Origin: the human T2T-CHM13v2.0 reference genome, Homo sapiens
Strand: one strand, 5' to 3'
NCBI RefSeq assembly: GCF_009914755.1
Contig: NC_060941.1
DNA: 64,000 bases
Program-made: the position numbers and the translations under genes
Part shown: positions 23,634 to 38,000 of the stretch, one piece after another
How positions within the stretch are numbered: the first letter of the stretch is position 1
How the letters are laid out: every line of letters begins with the position of its first letter
Notes under the pieces: model-generated
Told to the model about the DNA's origin: nothing
The model's input: the letters and a program-made list of their open reading frames with translations, nothing else
Database searches by the model: none

Positions 23634-26600
23634 GGTGTGATGTATCCTTTCATAAATCCATGCATTGCAAAGTATTTTCAAAGATAGCTTGCTTGTAGTT
23701 TTTATCACGGGATATTCAGGTTTTCACTATTGGCCTCAATGGGCTCTGACATGTTTCTTCATAGATTCTACAAAGGGAGTGTTTCAAACCTACTGAATCA
23801 GAAGAAAGGTTTAATTCTGTGAGACGAATCCACACATTGCAAAGCATTTTCACAGATACTTTTCTTCTAGTTTTTGTCAAAGGATATTCAGTTTTTCAGT
23901 ATAGGCTTCAGTGGGCTCTGAAATATCCCTTCGCAGATTCTACAAAAGGAGCGTTTCCAATCTGCTGAATAAAAACAAAGGTTTAACTCTGTGAGATGAA
24001 TCCATACTACTCAAAGCATTTTCACAGATGGCTTGTTTCTAACCTTTATAATGAGACATTCAATTTTTCACTATTGGCCTCAATGGGCTCCATAGTGTCT
24101 CTTCCTAGATTCTACAAAAACAGATTTTTCATTTCTCCAAATCAAAATAAAAGTTTACTCTGTGATATGAAATCACACATCACAAAGGATTTTCACAGAT
24201 AGCTTTTTCTAGTTTTTATCATAGGATATTGGGTTTTTGACTATAGGCTTCAGTGGACTCTTAATTGTACCTTCTTAAATGCTACAATAAAGTATTTTCA
24301 ACTTGCTGGATCAAAACAAAGGTTTGACTTTGTGAGACGAATCCTCACATCGCAAAGCATTTTCACCCATAGCTTGTTTCTAGTTTTTACCGAGAGATAT
24401 TATTTTTTCACTAGAGGCCTCAATGGGCTCCTAATTGTCCCCTTGTAGATTCTACAAACAAAGAGTCTAACCTGCTGAAGCAAAACAAAGTTTAACTTTG
24501 TAAGATAGACCTACACATCACAAAGCATTTTCACAGATAGGTTGTTTTTAGTTTTTATCAAGGGATATTTGATTTTTCACTGTAGGTCTCAATGGGCTAT
24601 GAAATGTCCCCTCTAGATCCACAAAAAAAAGTTTCCAACCTGTTGAATCAAAAGAAAAGTTCAACTTGTGAAATGAAATCACACATCATAAAGTATTTTC
24701 AGAGATAGCTTCTTTATAGTTTCTATCACTGGATATTTGGTTTTTCACTATAGACCTCAATGAACTTCAAAATGTCTCTTTGTAGATTCTACAACAAGAG
24801 TGTATCCAACCTGCAGAATAAAAGCAAAGGTTTAACTCTGTGAGATGAATCCACACATCACAAAGCATTTTCAGAGATAATTTTTTTTATTGTTTTTATC
24901 GCAAAATACTCACTTTTTTACTATAGGCTTTTATAGGTGTGAAACATCCCTTTGTATATTCTACAAAAAGGTATTCCAAACTTGCTGAATAAATGCAGAG
25001 GTTTAAATTTGTGACATGAATCCACATATTGCACAGCATTTTTACTGACAGCTTTTTTCTAGTTTTTATCACGGGATAATCAGTTTTTCAGTATAGGCCT
25101 CAATTTGGTCCGAATAGTACCCTAGTAGATTGTAGAAAAAGAGGGTTTCCAACCTGCTGAATTACAAGAAAGGTTAAACTCTGTGAGATAAAATCACACA
25201 TTGTAAAGAATTTTTAGACATAGCTTCTTTGTAGTTTTTATTACAGGACATTTGATTTTTTACTATAGGCCTCAATGAGCTCTGATATTTCCCCTGGTAG
25301 ATTGTACAAAAAGAGCATATCCAATCTGCTGAATCAAAACAAACATTTAACTCTGTAAGACAAATCTACATATCGCCATGCATTTTCACAGATAGCTTGC
25401 CTCTAGTTTTTATCACGGGATATTTGATTTTTCACTATAGGCCTCAATGGGCTCCAAAATGTTGCTTCATAGATTCTACAAAAAGAGTGTTTCCAACCTG
25501 CTGAATCAAAAGAAAGGTTTAACTTTTTGAGATAAATACACGCATTGCAAAACATTTTTACAGGTAGTTCATTTTAGTTTTTATCATGGGATATTCCATT
25601 TCTCACTATAGGAATGAATGGGCTCTGAAATGTCACTTCAAAGATTCTACAAAGAGAGTGTTTCCAACCTGCTGAATCAAAACAAACATTTAACTTGTTG
25701 AGATGAATCCTCACATCACTAAGCATTTTCACAGATAGATTGTTTTTAGTTTTATCATGGGATATTCAGTTTTTGATTATAGGCCTCAAAGACTGAATTG
25801 TGGCCAAGCAGATAGTAAAACATATGTGTCTCCAACCTTCTGAATAAAAATCAAAATTTAACTATGTGAGATACATCCATATATCACAAAGCATATTTAC
25901 AGATAGCCAGTTTCTAGTTTTAATCATGGGATATTCAGTTTTTCACTACAGGCCTTAATGGGCTCAAAAAAGACTCCTCTTATTCTACTAAATATTTGCT
26001 TCCAATGTACTGTATAATAACAAATATTAAACGCTGTGAAAGAAATCCACAGATCACAATGCTTTTTCACAAATAGCTTGTTTCTAGTTTTTATCACAGG
26101 ATATTTGGTTTTTCACTGTAGGCCTCAATGGGCTATGAAATGTTCCTTTGTAGATTCTATAAAAAGTGTGTTTCCAACTTGCTGACTTAAAATAAAGGTT
26201 TTACACTGTGAGATGAATCCACACATTGCAAAGCATTTTCACAGATAGCTTGTTTCTTTTTCTTATCATGGGATATTCAGTATTTAACTAGAGACTTCAA
26301 TGGGCTCTGGAATGTCCCATAGTAAACTCTATACAAAGAGTGTTTCCAACTGGCTGAATAAAAACAAAGGTTTACGTCTGTGAGGTGAATCCACACAACA
26401 CAAAGCATTTTCACTGACAGCTTGTTTCTAGTTTTATAGCAGGATTTTTTTTCAATATTGGTCTCAATGGGCTCCAAAATGTCCCTTTGTAGATTCTACA
26501 AAATTTTTTTCCAACATACTGAATCAAAACAAATGTTTAACACTGTGAGATGAATTTTCACATCAAAAAGCATTTTTACAGTAGTTTGTATTAGTTTTTA

Positions 26601-29600
26601 TTATGAAATTTTGAATTTTTCACTGCTAGCCTCAAAATTGTCCCCTATTAGATTCTACTAAAAGAATATTTCCAACCTACTGTATAGAAACAAAAGTTTA
26701 ACTCTGTGAAATGAATCCACACATTGCAAACCTACTTCACAGATAGCTTGTGTCTAGTTTTTATCAAGAATTATTTGGCTTTTCACTATAGGCCTCAATG
26801 GGCTCCAAAATGTCCCTTCATATATTTTGCTAAAAGAGTGTTTCCAACCTAGCTGAATCAAAAGAAAGTTTAAACTCTATGAGGTGAAACTGCAAATTGC
26901 AAAGCATTTTCACATATAGCTTCTATAGTTTCTATCATGGAATATTCAGTTTTTCACTATCGGCCTCCATGGGCTATGAAATGTCCCCTCGTAGGTTCTA
27001 CAAAAAAAGTGTTTCTAACATGTTGCATGAAAACAAAGATTTAACTTTGGGAGATGAACCCACACATTGCAAAGCATTTCTATAGAAAGATTTTTTCTAG
27101 TTTTTATCACAGGATATTAGATTTCATACTGTAGGCCTCATTTTGCTCCAAATTTACCCCTTGTCAATTCTACAAAGAGAATATTTCCAACCTGCTGATT
27201 CAAAACAAATGTTCAATTCTGTGAGATGACATGCAAAGCTTTTCACAGATAGCCTGTTTCTAGTTTTCATCATAGGACATTTGGTTTTTCACTATAAGCA
27301 TCAAAGGGCTCTGAAATGTCCCTTTGTAGATTCTACAAAAAGAGTGTTCCCAACCTGATGAATCGAAAGAAAATTTTAACTTTGTAAGATGAATCCACAC
27401 ATCACAAAGCATTTTCACTCATAGCTTGTTTCTAGTTTTTATCGTGGGTTATTGGTTTTCACTAAATGCCTCAATGAGCTATGAACAGTCCCTTGTAGAT
27501 TCTACAAAGAAAGAATTTCCAATCTGCTGAAGCAAAACAAAGTTTTAACTTTGTAAGATGAATCTACACATCACAAAGCATTTTTACAAAAGGTTGTTTT
27601 TAGTTTTTATCAAGAGATATTCTATTTTTCACAGTACACCTCAATGTGCTACAAAATGTCCCCTAGTAGATTCTACAAAAAAACTTTCTAAACTGCTGAA
27701 TCAAAAGAAAAGTTCAACTGGTGAGATGAAATCACACATCACAAAGTATTTTCAGAGATAGCTTCTTTATAGTTTTTATCATGGGATATTAGATTTTTCA
27801 ATATAAGCCTCAATGAGCTCTGAAATATCCCTTTGTAGATTCTACAAAAAAAGTGTTTCCAACCTGCAAAATAAAAAGGAAGGTTTAATTCTGTGAGATA
27901 AATCCACACATTGCAAATCATCTTCACAGTTGGCTTGTTTCTAATTTTTATTGTGGAATATTTGGCTTTTCACTGAAATTCTCAAGTGCTCTGAAATGTC
28001 CCTTTGTAGATTCTATAACAAGAGTGTTTTCAAACTGCTGAATGAAAACAAAGGTATAACGCTTTAAGAGGAATCCACACATCACAAAGCATATATTCAG
28101 ATATCTTGTTTCTAGTTTTTAAAGCATGATATTTGGTTTTTCACTATAACCCTCAATGGGCTCAGAAATGTCTCATAGTAGATTTTACAAAAACAGTATT
28201 TCCTACCTGCTAAATCAAAGCAACAGCTTAAATCTGTGAGATTAATCCAAACCTCGCAAAGCATTTTCACAGATAGCTTACTCCTAGTTTTTATCGCAGG
28301 ATATTTGGATTTTCAGTATAGGCTTCAATGGGCTCTGAAATGTCCATTCATAAGTTATATAAAAAGTATGTTCCCAAACCCCTGAAAAAAAAATGAAGGT
28401 TTAACTCTATGAGATGAATCCACACGATGCAAAGCATTTTCACAGATAGCTTGTTTCTAGCTTTTATGATGAGACATTCGAATTTTTACTATTGGCCTCA
28501 ATGGGGTCAGAAATGTCTTTTTGTAGATTCTACAAAAAAAAAAGGCTTTTATTTTTCTGAATCAAAATAAAGGTTTAACTCTTCTATATGAAATCACACA
28601 TCTCAAAGTATTTTCACAGATAACTTGTTTCTAGTGTTTATCACTGGATATTGGGTTTTTCACTATAGGCTTCAGTGGACTCTTAATTGTAACTTCTTAA
28701 TTCTTCAAAAAGTGTGTTTCCAACCTGCTGTATGTAAGTAAGTGTTTACCTCTGTGAGACAAATCTTCACATTGCAAAGCATTTTCCCCAATAGCTTGTT
28801 TGTAGTTTTAATTGCATAATATTTGGTTTTGTACTATAATCCTCAATGGGCACCGAAGTGTCCCTTCGTAGATTATATGAAAACAGTGTTTCTAACCTGT
28901 TGAATCAAAACAAAGGTTTAACTGTCAGATGAATCTACACATTGCAAAGCATTTTCACAGGTAGCTTGTTTCAAGTTTTCATCGCAGGATATACGTTTCT
29001 TCATTATAGGCCCCAAGAGCTCCAAAATGTCTTAGAGTATTTCAAACCTGCAGCATAAAAACAAAGGTTTAACTTTGAGACAAATGCATACATCACAAAG
29101 AATTTTCACAGAAAGCTTGTTTCTAGTTTTTATCAGGAGATACTCAGTTTTTCACTATAGACCTCAAGGGGCTTTGAAACATCCCTTCATAGATTACACA
29201 AAAAGATTGTTTCCACCTTGCTGAAACAAACAAACAAAAAATTAACTCTTTGAGATGAATCAACACATTGCAAATCTATTCACAGATAGCTTGTTTCTAG
29301 TTTTTTTTTTTTTTTTTTTGAAGGGTATTCTGTTTTTCACTATAGGCACCAATAGGCTCCTAAATGTCCCTCCGTAGATTCTACAAAAAGAGTGTTTCCA
29401 ACCTGCTGAACCAAAAGAAAGGTTTAATTCTATGAGATGAAATCATGCACAAGAAAGCATTTTTTTGAGATACCTTTTTTATAGTTTTTATCACTGGATA
29501 TTCTATTTTTCACAGTAAGCCTCAATGGGCTTTGAAATATCTCTTTGTCGATTGTACCAAAGGAGAGTTTCCAATTTCCTGAATCAAAACAAAGGTTTAA

Positions 29601-29803
29601 TGTTGTGAGATAAATCCACAAATTGCAAAACATTTTGACAGAAAACTTGTTTCTAGTTTTTATCACAGGATATTTGGTTTTCATTATAGGCCTCAGTGGG
29701 CTAAGAAATGTCCCCTCATCAAATCTACAAAATAGGTTTCTCCAACCTGCTGAATCAAAATTAACATTCAACTCTGTGAAATGAATCCACACATCACAAA
29801 GCC

Positions 29804-30099
29804 TTTTTTTTTTTGATGGAATCTCACTCTATGACCCACGCTGCCGTACAGTGGTGTGACCTCAGCTCACAGCAACCTCCACCTCCTGGGTTCAAGCAAT
29901 TCTCCTGCCTCAGCCTCCTGAGTAGATAGGAGTACAGGCACACACCACCATGCCCAGCTATTTTTTTTTTTGTATTTTTAGTAGAGACAGGGTTTCAAAA
30001 TGTTGGCCAGGCTGCTCTTGAACTCCTGACTGCAGGTAATCCACCAGCCTCAGCCTTCCAAAGTGCTGGGATTACAGGTGTGAGCCACTGCACCCAGCC
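29804..30099 (-). mobile_element. AluS inserted in alpha satellite
   Basis: Full Alu with a degenerate TSD acaaagcctttt / acaaaacatttt. Confidence 0.93.
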
Positions 30100-33000
30100 A
30101 CAAAACATTTTCACAGATAGCTAGTTTCTAGTTTTTATCACCAGATATTCAGTTTTTCACTATTGTCCACAGTGGGCTTTGAAATGTCCCCTTGTAGATT
30201 CTACAAAAATAGTGTTTTTGACCTGCCAAGTCAAAACAAATGATAAACTCTGTGAGATGAAACTACACATTTCAAAACATTTTTACAGATAGCGTATTCT
30301 AGTTTTTAATCATGATATATTCACTTTTTCACTCTAGGCCCCAATGGGCTTGGAAATGTTTTTTCATTGATTCTACAAAAAAAAATTGTTTCCAACTTTT
30401 TAAATCAAAACAAATATTTAACTCTGTGAGATGAATTCACAAATCACAAAATATTTTCACAGATAATATGTTTCTAGTTTTTATCAAGGGTTGTTCTTTT
30501 TTTTATTGTAGGCCTCAGTGGGCTCTGAAATGTTCCCTTATAGATTTTATAAGAAAAGTTTCTCCAAGCTGCTGAATCAGAAGAAAAGTTAACTCTATGA
30601 GATAAAATCACACATCACAAAGCATTTTCAGAGATAGTTTTTTAAATAGTTTTTATCATTAAATATTCATTTTTTCAGTATTTGCCTCCATGGGCTCTGA
30701 AAAGTACTATCAAAGAGTAAACAAAATTAGTGTTTCCAACATACTTAGTCAAAACAAAGGTTTAACTCTGTGAGATGAATCCACACATTGCAAAGCATTT
30801 TAACAGATAGCTTGTTTCTAATATGTATCATGGGATATTCAGTTTTTCAATATAAGCCTCAAAGGGTTCTGAAATGGAACTTCTTAGATTCTACAAAGAG
30901 ACTGTTTTCAACCTCCTGAATAAAAACAAAGATTTAACTCCATGAGATGAATCCACACATCTCAAAGCATTTTCACAAATAGATTTTATCTACTTTTTAT
31001 CATGGAATATTGGGTTTTTCACAATAGGCTTCAATGGACTCTATATCATCCCCTATTAAATTCTACAAAATGAGTGTTTCCAACATGCTGTATATAAACA
31101 GAGGTTAACTCTTTGAGATGAATCTATATACACAAAGCATTTGCACAGAGAACATGTTTCTAGTTTTCGTAGTGAAATATTCAGTTTTCAGTCTATAAGA
31201 CCTCAATGGGCTCTGAAATGTCCCTTCATAGATTGTACAAAAGTGGGTTTCCAAACTGCAGAATCAAAACAAAGGTTTAACTCTGTGAGATGAATCCACA
31301 CAACACAAAGCATTTTCACTAATAATTTGTTGCTAGTTTCTATCATGGGATATTTGGTTTGTCAATATGCTCATCCATGGAAACCAAAATGTTCCTTTGT
31401 AGATTCTTAAAAAAAAAGTGTTTCCAATCTGCTGAATCAAAGCAAATGTTTAACTCTGAGAGATGATCCACACATCACAAAGCATTTTCACAGAAATCTT
31501 GATTCTCATTTTTATCAGGGAATATTTAGTTTTTCACCATAGGCCTCAATGGGCTTTGAAATGTCCCCTCTTAGACAAAAAAAAAAAAAAAAAAAAAAAG
31601 TGTTTCCAACCTTTGAATTACAACTAAGGTTTAACTCTATGAGATGAATCCACACATTACAAAGCATTTTCACAGATAGCTTGTTTCTAGTTTTTATAGA
31701 GGGATATCCAGTTTTTCACTATATGCCTCAATGGGTTTAAAAATGACCCTTCATAGATTCCACAAAAAGAGTGTTTCCAAACTGTTGAATCAAAACAAAG
31801 TTTTAACTCTGTAAAATGAATGAACATATCACAAAGCATTTTTGTAGATAGCTTGTTTCTAGTTTTTATCACAGGATATTCTGGTTTTCACTACAGGCCT
31901 CAAAGAGCTCCAAGATGTCCCTTCATAGATTCTACAAAAAGAGTGTTTCCAACCTCCTCAATCTAAAGAAAAATTTAACTCATTGAGATGCCCACATTGC
32001 AAAGCATTTTCACACACAGCTCCTTTCTAGTTTTTTTGCTGGATATGCGGTTTTTTCACTATAGGCCTAAACAGGCTCCAAAGTGTCCCTTTTAGATTCT
32101 ACAATAACAGTTTTTTCTACCTACTAAATCAAAACAAAGGTTTAACTCTGTGAGATGAACCCACACATCGCAAAGCATGTTTACAGATAGCTTGTTTCCA
32201 GTTTTTATCATGGGATGTTGGATTTTTCACTGTAGACCTCAATGGGCTCTGAAATGTCCCCTTGTAGATCCTACAAAAAGAGTGTTTCCTACCTATGAAA
32301 TCAAAACAAAGGTTTACCTCTGTAAAATGAATGCAAACTGCACAAATTATTTTCACAGATAGCTTGTTTCTAGTTTTAATCACGAGATATTCACTCTTAC
32401 ACCATAGGCCTCAATCAGCTTAGAAATGTTGCCTTGTAGATTCTACAAAAGAGTGTTTTCAACCTGCTGAATGAAAGCAAAGGTTTAACTCTGTAAAATG
32501 AATGAACACATTGCAAAGCATTTTCACATAGAGTTTGTTTCTATTTTTTTTTTGTGGGATATTTTGTTTTCCACTCTAGGCCTCAATAGGCTCTGAAATG
32601 TCCCTTCACAGATTCTACAAAAAGAGCATTTCTAACCTGCTGAATAAAAACAAAGATTTAACTCTGTAAAATTAATCCACACATCAGCAAGTATTTTCAC
32701 GGATAGCTTGTTTCTAGCTTGAATCACGAAATATTAGGTTTTTTATTATAGACCTCAATGGGCTCCAAAAAGGCCCTTTGTTCATTCCACAAAAAAAAGC
32801 ATTTCCAACCTGTTGAATCAAAACAAAGGTTTAACTCCATGAGATGAATCCACACATTGCCAATCAAGTTCACACATAGATTGTTTTTAGTTTTTATTGT
32901 GAAATATTCAATTTTTTACTGTAGGCTTCAATGATCTCCAAAATGTATTTTTTGTGTATTCTACAAAATGATTGCCCCAACTTTCTTAGTGAAAATAAAG

Positions 33001-34653
33001 TTTAACTCTCTCAGATAAATCCACACATTGCAAAGCATTTTCACAAATAAATAGTTGTTAGTTTCTATCATAGGATATTTGGTTTATCAATATATATGCA
33101 CATGGGCTCCAAAATATCCCTTTGTCAATGCTTCAAAAAGGGTGTTCTTAAACTGCTGAATCAAAACAAAGTTTTAATTCTGAGACCCACATATTAGAAA
33201 GCATTTTCACAGATAGCTTGATTCTAGTTTTTATAGGGAATATTCAGTTTTTCACCATAGGCCTCGACGGGCTCCAAAATGTCCCTTTGTAGATTCTACA
33301 AAAAAAAAGTGTTCCCAGCCTGTTGAATCAAAACCAAAGTTTAACTTTGTGAGATGAATCCACACATCACAAAGCATTTTCACAGATAGCTTATTTCTAG
33401 TTTTCATTGCAGGATATTCAGTTTCTCAATATAGTCCTCCTTGGGCTCTGAAATGTTGCTTCATGGATTCTAAAAATATAGTGTTTCCAACCTGCTGATT
33501 CAAAGCAAAGGTATAATTCTGTGAGAGAAATCCACACATCACAAAGCATTTTCAAAGACAGCTTGTTTCTAGTTTTTAACATGGGATATTCAGTTTTTCA
33601 GTATAGGCCTCAATTTGCTCCAAAATGTCTTTTCGTAGATTCAAGAAAAAGAGTGTTTCCAACCTGCTAAATCAAAAGAAAGGTTTGACTCTGTGAGATA
33701 AAATCACACATTACAGAGCATTTTCAGACATAGCTTTTTTATAGTTTTTATTATGGGACATTTGGTTTTTTACTATATGCCTCAATGGGCTCCAAAATAT
33801 CCCCTCATAGACTGTACAAAAGAGCATTTCCAACTTACTGAATCAAAATGAAGGTTTAACTCTGTGAGATGAATTTACTCATGGCAAAAAATTTTCACAG
33901 ATAGCTTGCTTTGTGTTTTTATCACAGGATATTCCGTTTTTCTCCATAAGCCTCAATGGGCTCCAAAATATTCCTTTGTAGATTTTACAAAAAAAGTGTT
34001 TCAAAACTACTGAATCAAAACCAAAGTTTAACTCTGTGAGATGAATCCACACATCGCAAATCATTTTCATAAATAGCTTTTTTCTAGTCTTTATTGTGGG
34101 ACATTTGATTTTTTGCCATAAACCTCAATGGATTCTGAAATATTGTTTTGTAGATTCTATAAAATGAGTATTTCCAACCTGCTGAATCAGAAGAAAGGTT
34201 TAACACTGTGAGATGACTCCACACATCACAAAGCATTTTCACAGATACATTGCTTCTAGTTTTTCTTGTGAGATATTCGGTTTTCACTATAGGCCTCAAA
34301 TGGCTCTGAAATGTCCCTGCTTAGATTCTACAAAAAAAAAGTGTTTCCAACCTGCTGAATCAAAACAAAGTTTTAACTCTTTGAGATAAATCCACACATT
34401 GCAAAGCATTTTCACAGATAGATGTTTCTAGTTTTTATCGTGGGATATTGATTTTTCACTACATGCCAAAATGGGCTCCAAATTGTCCCCTTGTAGAATC
34501 TACAGGCAGGGCATTTTCAACGTGCTGATGCAAAACAAAGTTTTAACTGTGTGGGATGAATCTACACATCACAAAGCATTTTTACAGATACCTTGTTTCT
34601 AGTTTTTATCACAGTATATTTGGTTTATCACTATATGCCTCAGTTTGCTCTGA

Positions 34654-35018
<365 letters not shown>

Positions 35019-38000
35019 AAAAAGAGTGTTTTTAACCTGCTGAATCAAAAGAAAGGTTTAACTCTGTGAGGTGAAATTACACATTGCAAAGCATTTTCAG
35101 AGATAACTTCTTTATTGTTTTTATAGTGGGATATTAGGTTTTTCACTATAAGCCTCAATAGGCTTTGAAATATCTCCCAGTTGATTGTAAAAAAAAGAGA
35201 GTTTCCAAACTGCTGAATCAAAACAAAAGTTTAACGTCATGAGATAAAGCCACAAATTGCAAAGAATTTTCACAGATAACTTCTTTCTGGTTTTTATCAC
35301 AGGATATTCAGTCTTTCACTATAGTCCTCAGCTGACTGAGAAATGTACCCTCATAGGTTCTACAAAAAGAGTGTTTCCAACCTGCTGAGTCAAAACAAAA
35401 GTTAAAATCTGTGAGATGAAATCACATATTGCAGAACATTTTTACAGAGAGCTTGTTCTAGTTTTTAGCATGGCATATTCGGTTTTTCACTATAGGCCTC
35501 AATAAGCTCTGAAATGTCCCTTCATAGATTCTACAAAAAGAGGGTTTCCAACCTGCTAAATGAAAAGAATAGTTTAACTCTGTGACATGAATCCACACAT
35601 TGAAAAACATTTTCACACATAGCTTGTTTCTAGTTTTTATCACGGGATATCCAGTTTTTTTAGTACAGGCCACTGTGAGCTCCAAAATTTACTTCTGTAG
35701 ATGCTACAAAAAGAGTGTTTCCAACCTTCTGAATCAAAACAGAGGTTTAACTTTGTGAGATGAATCCACAAATCTTAAAGCATTTTCACAGATAATGTTT
35801 TTTTCAGTTTTTATTGGGGATATTTGGTTTTACATGATAGGCCTCAAAGGACTCAGAAATTTCTTCTTTTAGATTCTACTAACAGAGTGTTGCCAACCTG
35901 CTGTATATAAACATAGGTTTAACTCTGTGAGATAAAGCCACACATCACAAACATTTTCACAGTTAGCTTGTTTCTAGTTTTTATCAAAAGATATTTGGTT
36001 TTTCACTATAGGTTCTAATGGGCTCTGAAATGTCTCCTCATAGATTATACATCAGTTTACAAACTGCTGAATCAAAAACAAAAAAGGGTTTACCTCTGTG
36101 GAATAAATCCAAACATTTCAAAGATAATTCACAGGCAGCTTGTTTCTAGACTTTACCATGGCATATTGGTTTTTCACTATAGGCCTCAACAGGCTCGGAA
36201 ATGTTTTTTGGTTGATTCTACAAAAAAAGTGTTTCCAACCTTTTGAATCAAAACAAAGTTTAAACTCTGTGAGATGAATTCACACATCTCAGTGTGTTTT
36301 CACAGATAGCTTGTTTGTAGTTTTTGTCAAGGGATATTCATTTATTTATTGTCACACTCACTGAGCTCTGAAGTATCCCCTCATAGATTCCACAAGGAAA
36401 GTGTTTACAAACTGCTGAATCAGAAGAAAAGTTTAACTCTGTGAGATGAAATCACATGTCATAAAGCATTTTCAGAGATAGCTTCTTTATAGTTTTTATC
36501 AAGATATATTCAGTTTTTCAGAATTGGCCTCAAGGGGCTCCAAAATGTCCTCTCGTAGAGTCTACAAAATTAGTGTTTCCAGACTATTGAATCAGAACAA
36601 GGGTTTAACTCTGTAAGAAAAATCCACACATTGCAAAGCATTTTCACAGATAGCTTGATTCTAGTTTTTATCAGGGAATATTTGGTTATTCACCATAGGA
36701 CTCAATGGGCTTTGAAATGTCTCTTCTTAGATTCTACAAAAAAAGTGCTTCCAACCTTCTGAATTAAAAGTAAGGTTTAACTCTATGAGATGAATTTGCA
36801 CATCACAAAGCATTTTCACAGATAGCTTGTTTCTAGTTTTTATCATGGGATATCTGGTTTTTACTATAGGCCTCAATGGGCTTCAAAATGATCCTTCATA
36901 GATTCTACTAAAAGAGTGTTTCCAACCTGTTTAATAGAAACAAATGTTTAATTATGTGAGATGATTCCACACATGGTGAAGCATTTTACCACACAGCTTG
37001 TTTCTAGTTTTTATTGGTTTTTTACTATAGGCCTTCATGGGCTCCGAAATGTCCCTTGGTGGATTCTACAAAAAGAGTATTTACCGTCTGCTGAATCAAA
37101 ACAAGGCTTTAACTCTGTGAGATGAATCCACACATGGCAAAGTGTTTTTACAGATAGTTTGTTTTCAGTTTTTATTGGGAAATATTTGGTTTTTCTTAAT
37201 AGGCCTCAAAGGGCTCAGAAATGTCTTTTTTCTAATTCTACTAAAAGAGTGTTTCCAACCTCTGTATATAAACATAGGTTTAACTCTGTGAGATAAATCC
37301 ATACATTGCAAAGCTAATTCACAGATAGCTTGTTTCTAATTTTTATCACCAGATATTGGTTTTTCAATATAATCTTTGAGATCAACTCACACATTGCAAA
37401 GCATTTTCACAGATAGCTTTTTTTAGTTTTTATCAAGGGATATTCACTTTTTATTGTAGGACTCAATAGGCTCTGAAATGCCCTTTCATAGATTCTACAA
37501 AAGAAATTGTTTCCAACCTGCTGAATCAAGAAAAGTTAAACTCCGTGGGATGAAATCACACATCACAAAGCATTTTCAGAGATAGTTTTATTATAGTTTA
37601 CACCACAAAATATTTGGTTTTTCAGGGTTGGCCTCAACAAAATTTTAACTCTGTGAGATGAATCCACACATCACAGAGCATTTTTCACAAATAGCTTTTT
37701 TCTGGTTTTTATCGTGGGATAACTGGTTTTTCAATATAAACATCAATGGGCTTCAAAATATTCCTCCTTAGATTTTACTAAGAGACTATTATCAACTTCC
37801 TAAATACAAACAATGGTTAAATCAGTAAGATGAATCCACACATTACAAAGCATTTTCACAGATAAACTTTTTTTACTTTTTCTCACAGAATATTGCATTT
37901 TTTCACTATAGGCCTCAATGGACTCTAAATTGCCCTCTCTCACATTTTACAAAAACAGTGTTTCCAACCTACTGTATATAAACAAAGGTTTACCTGTCTG

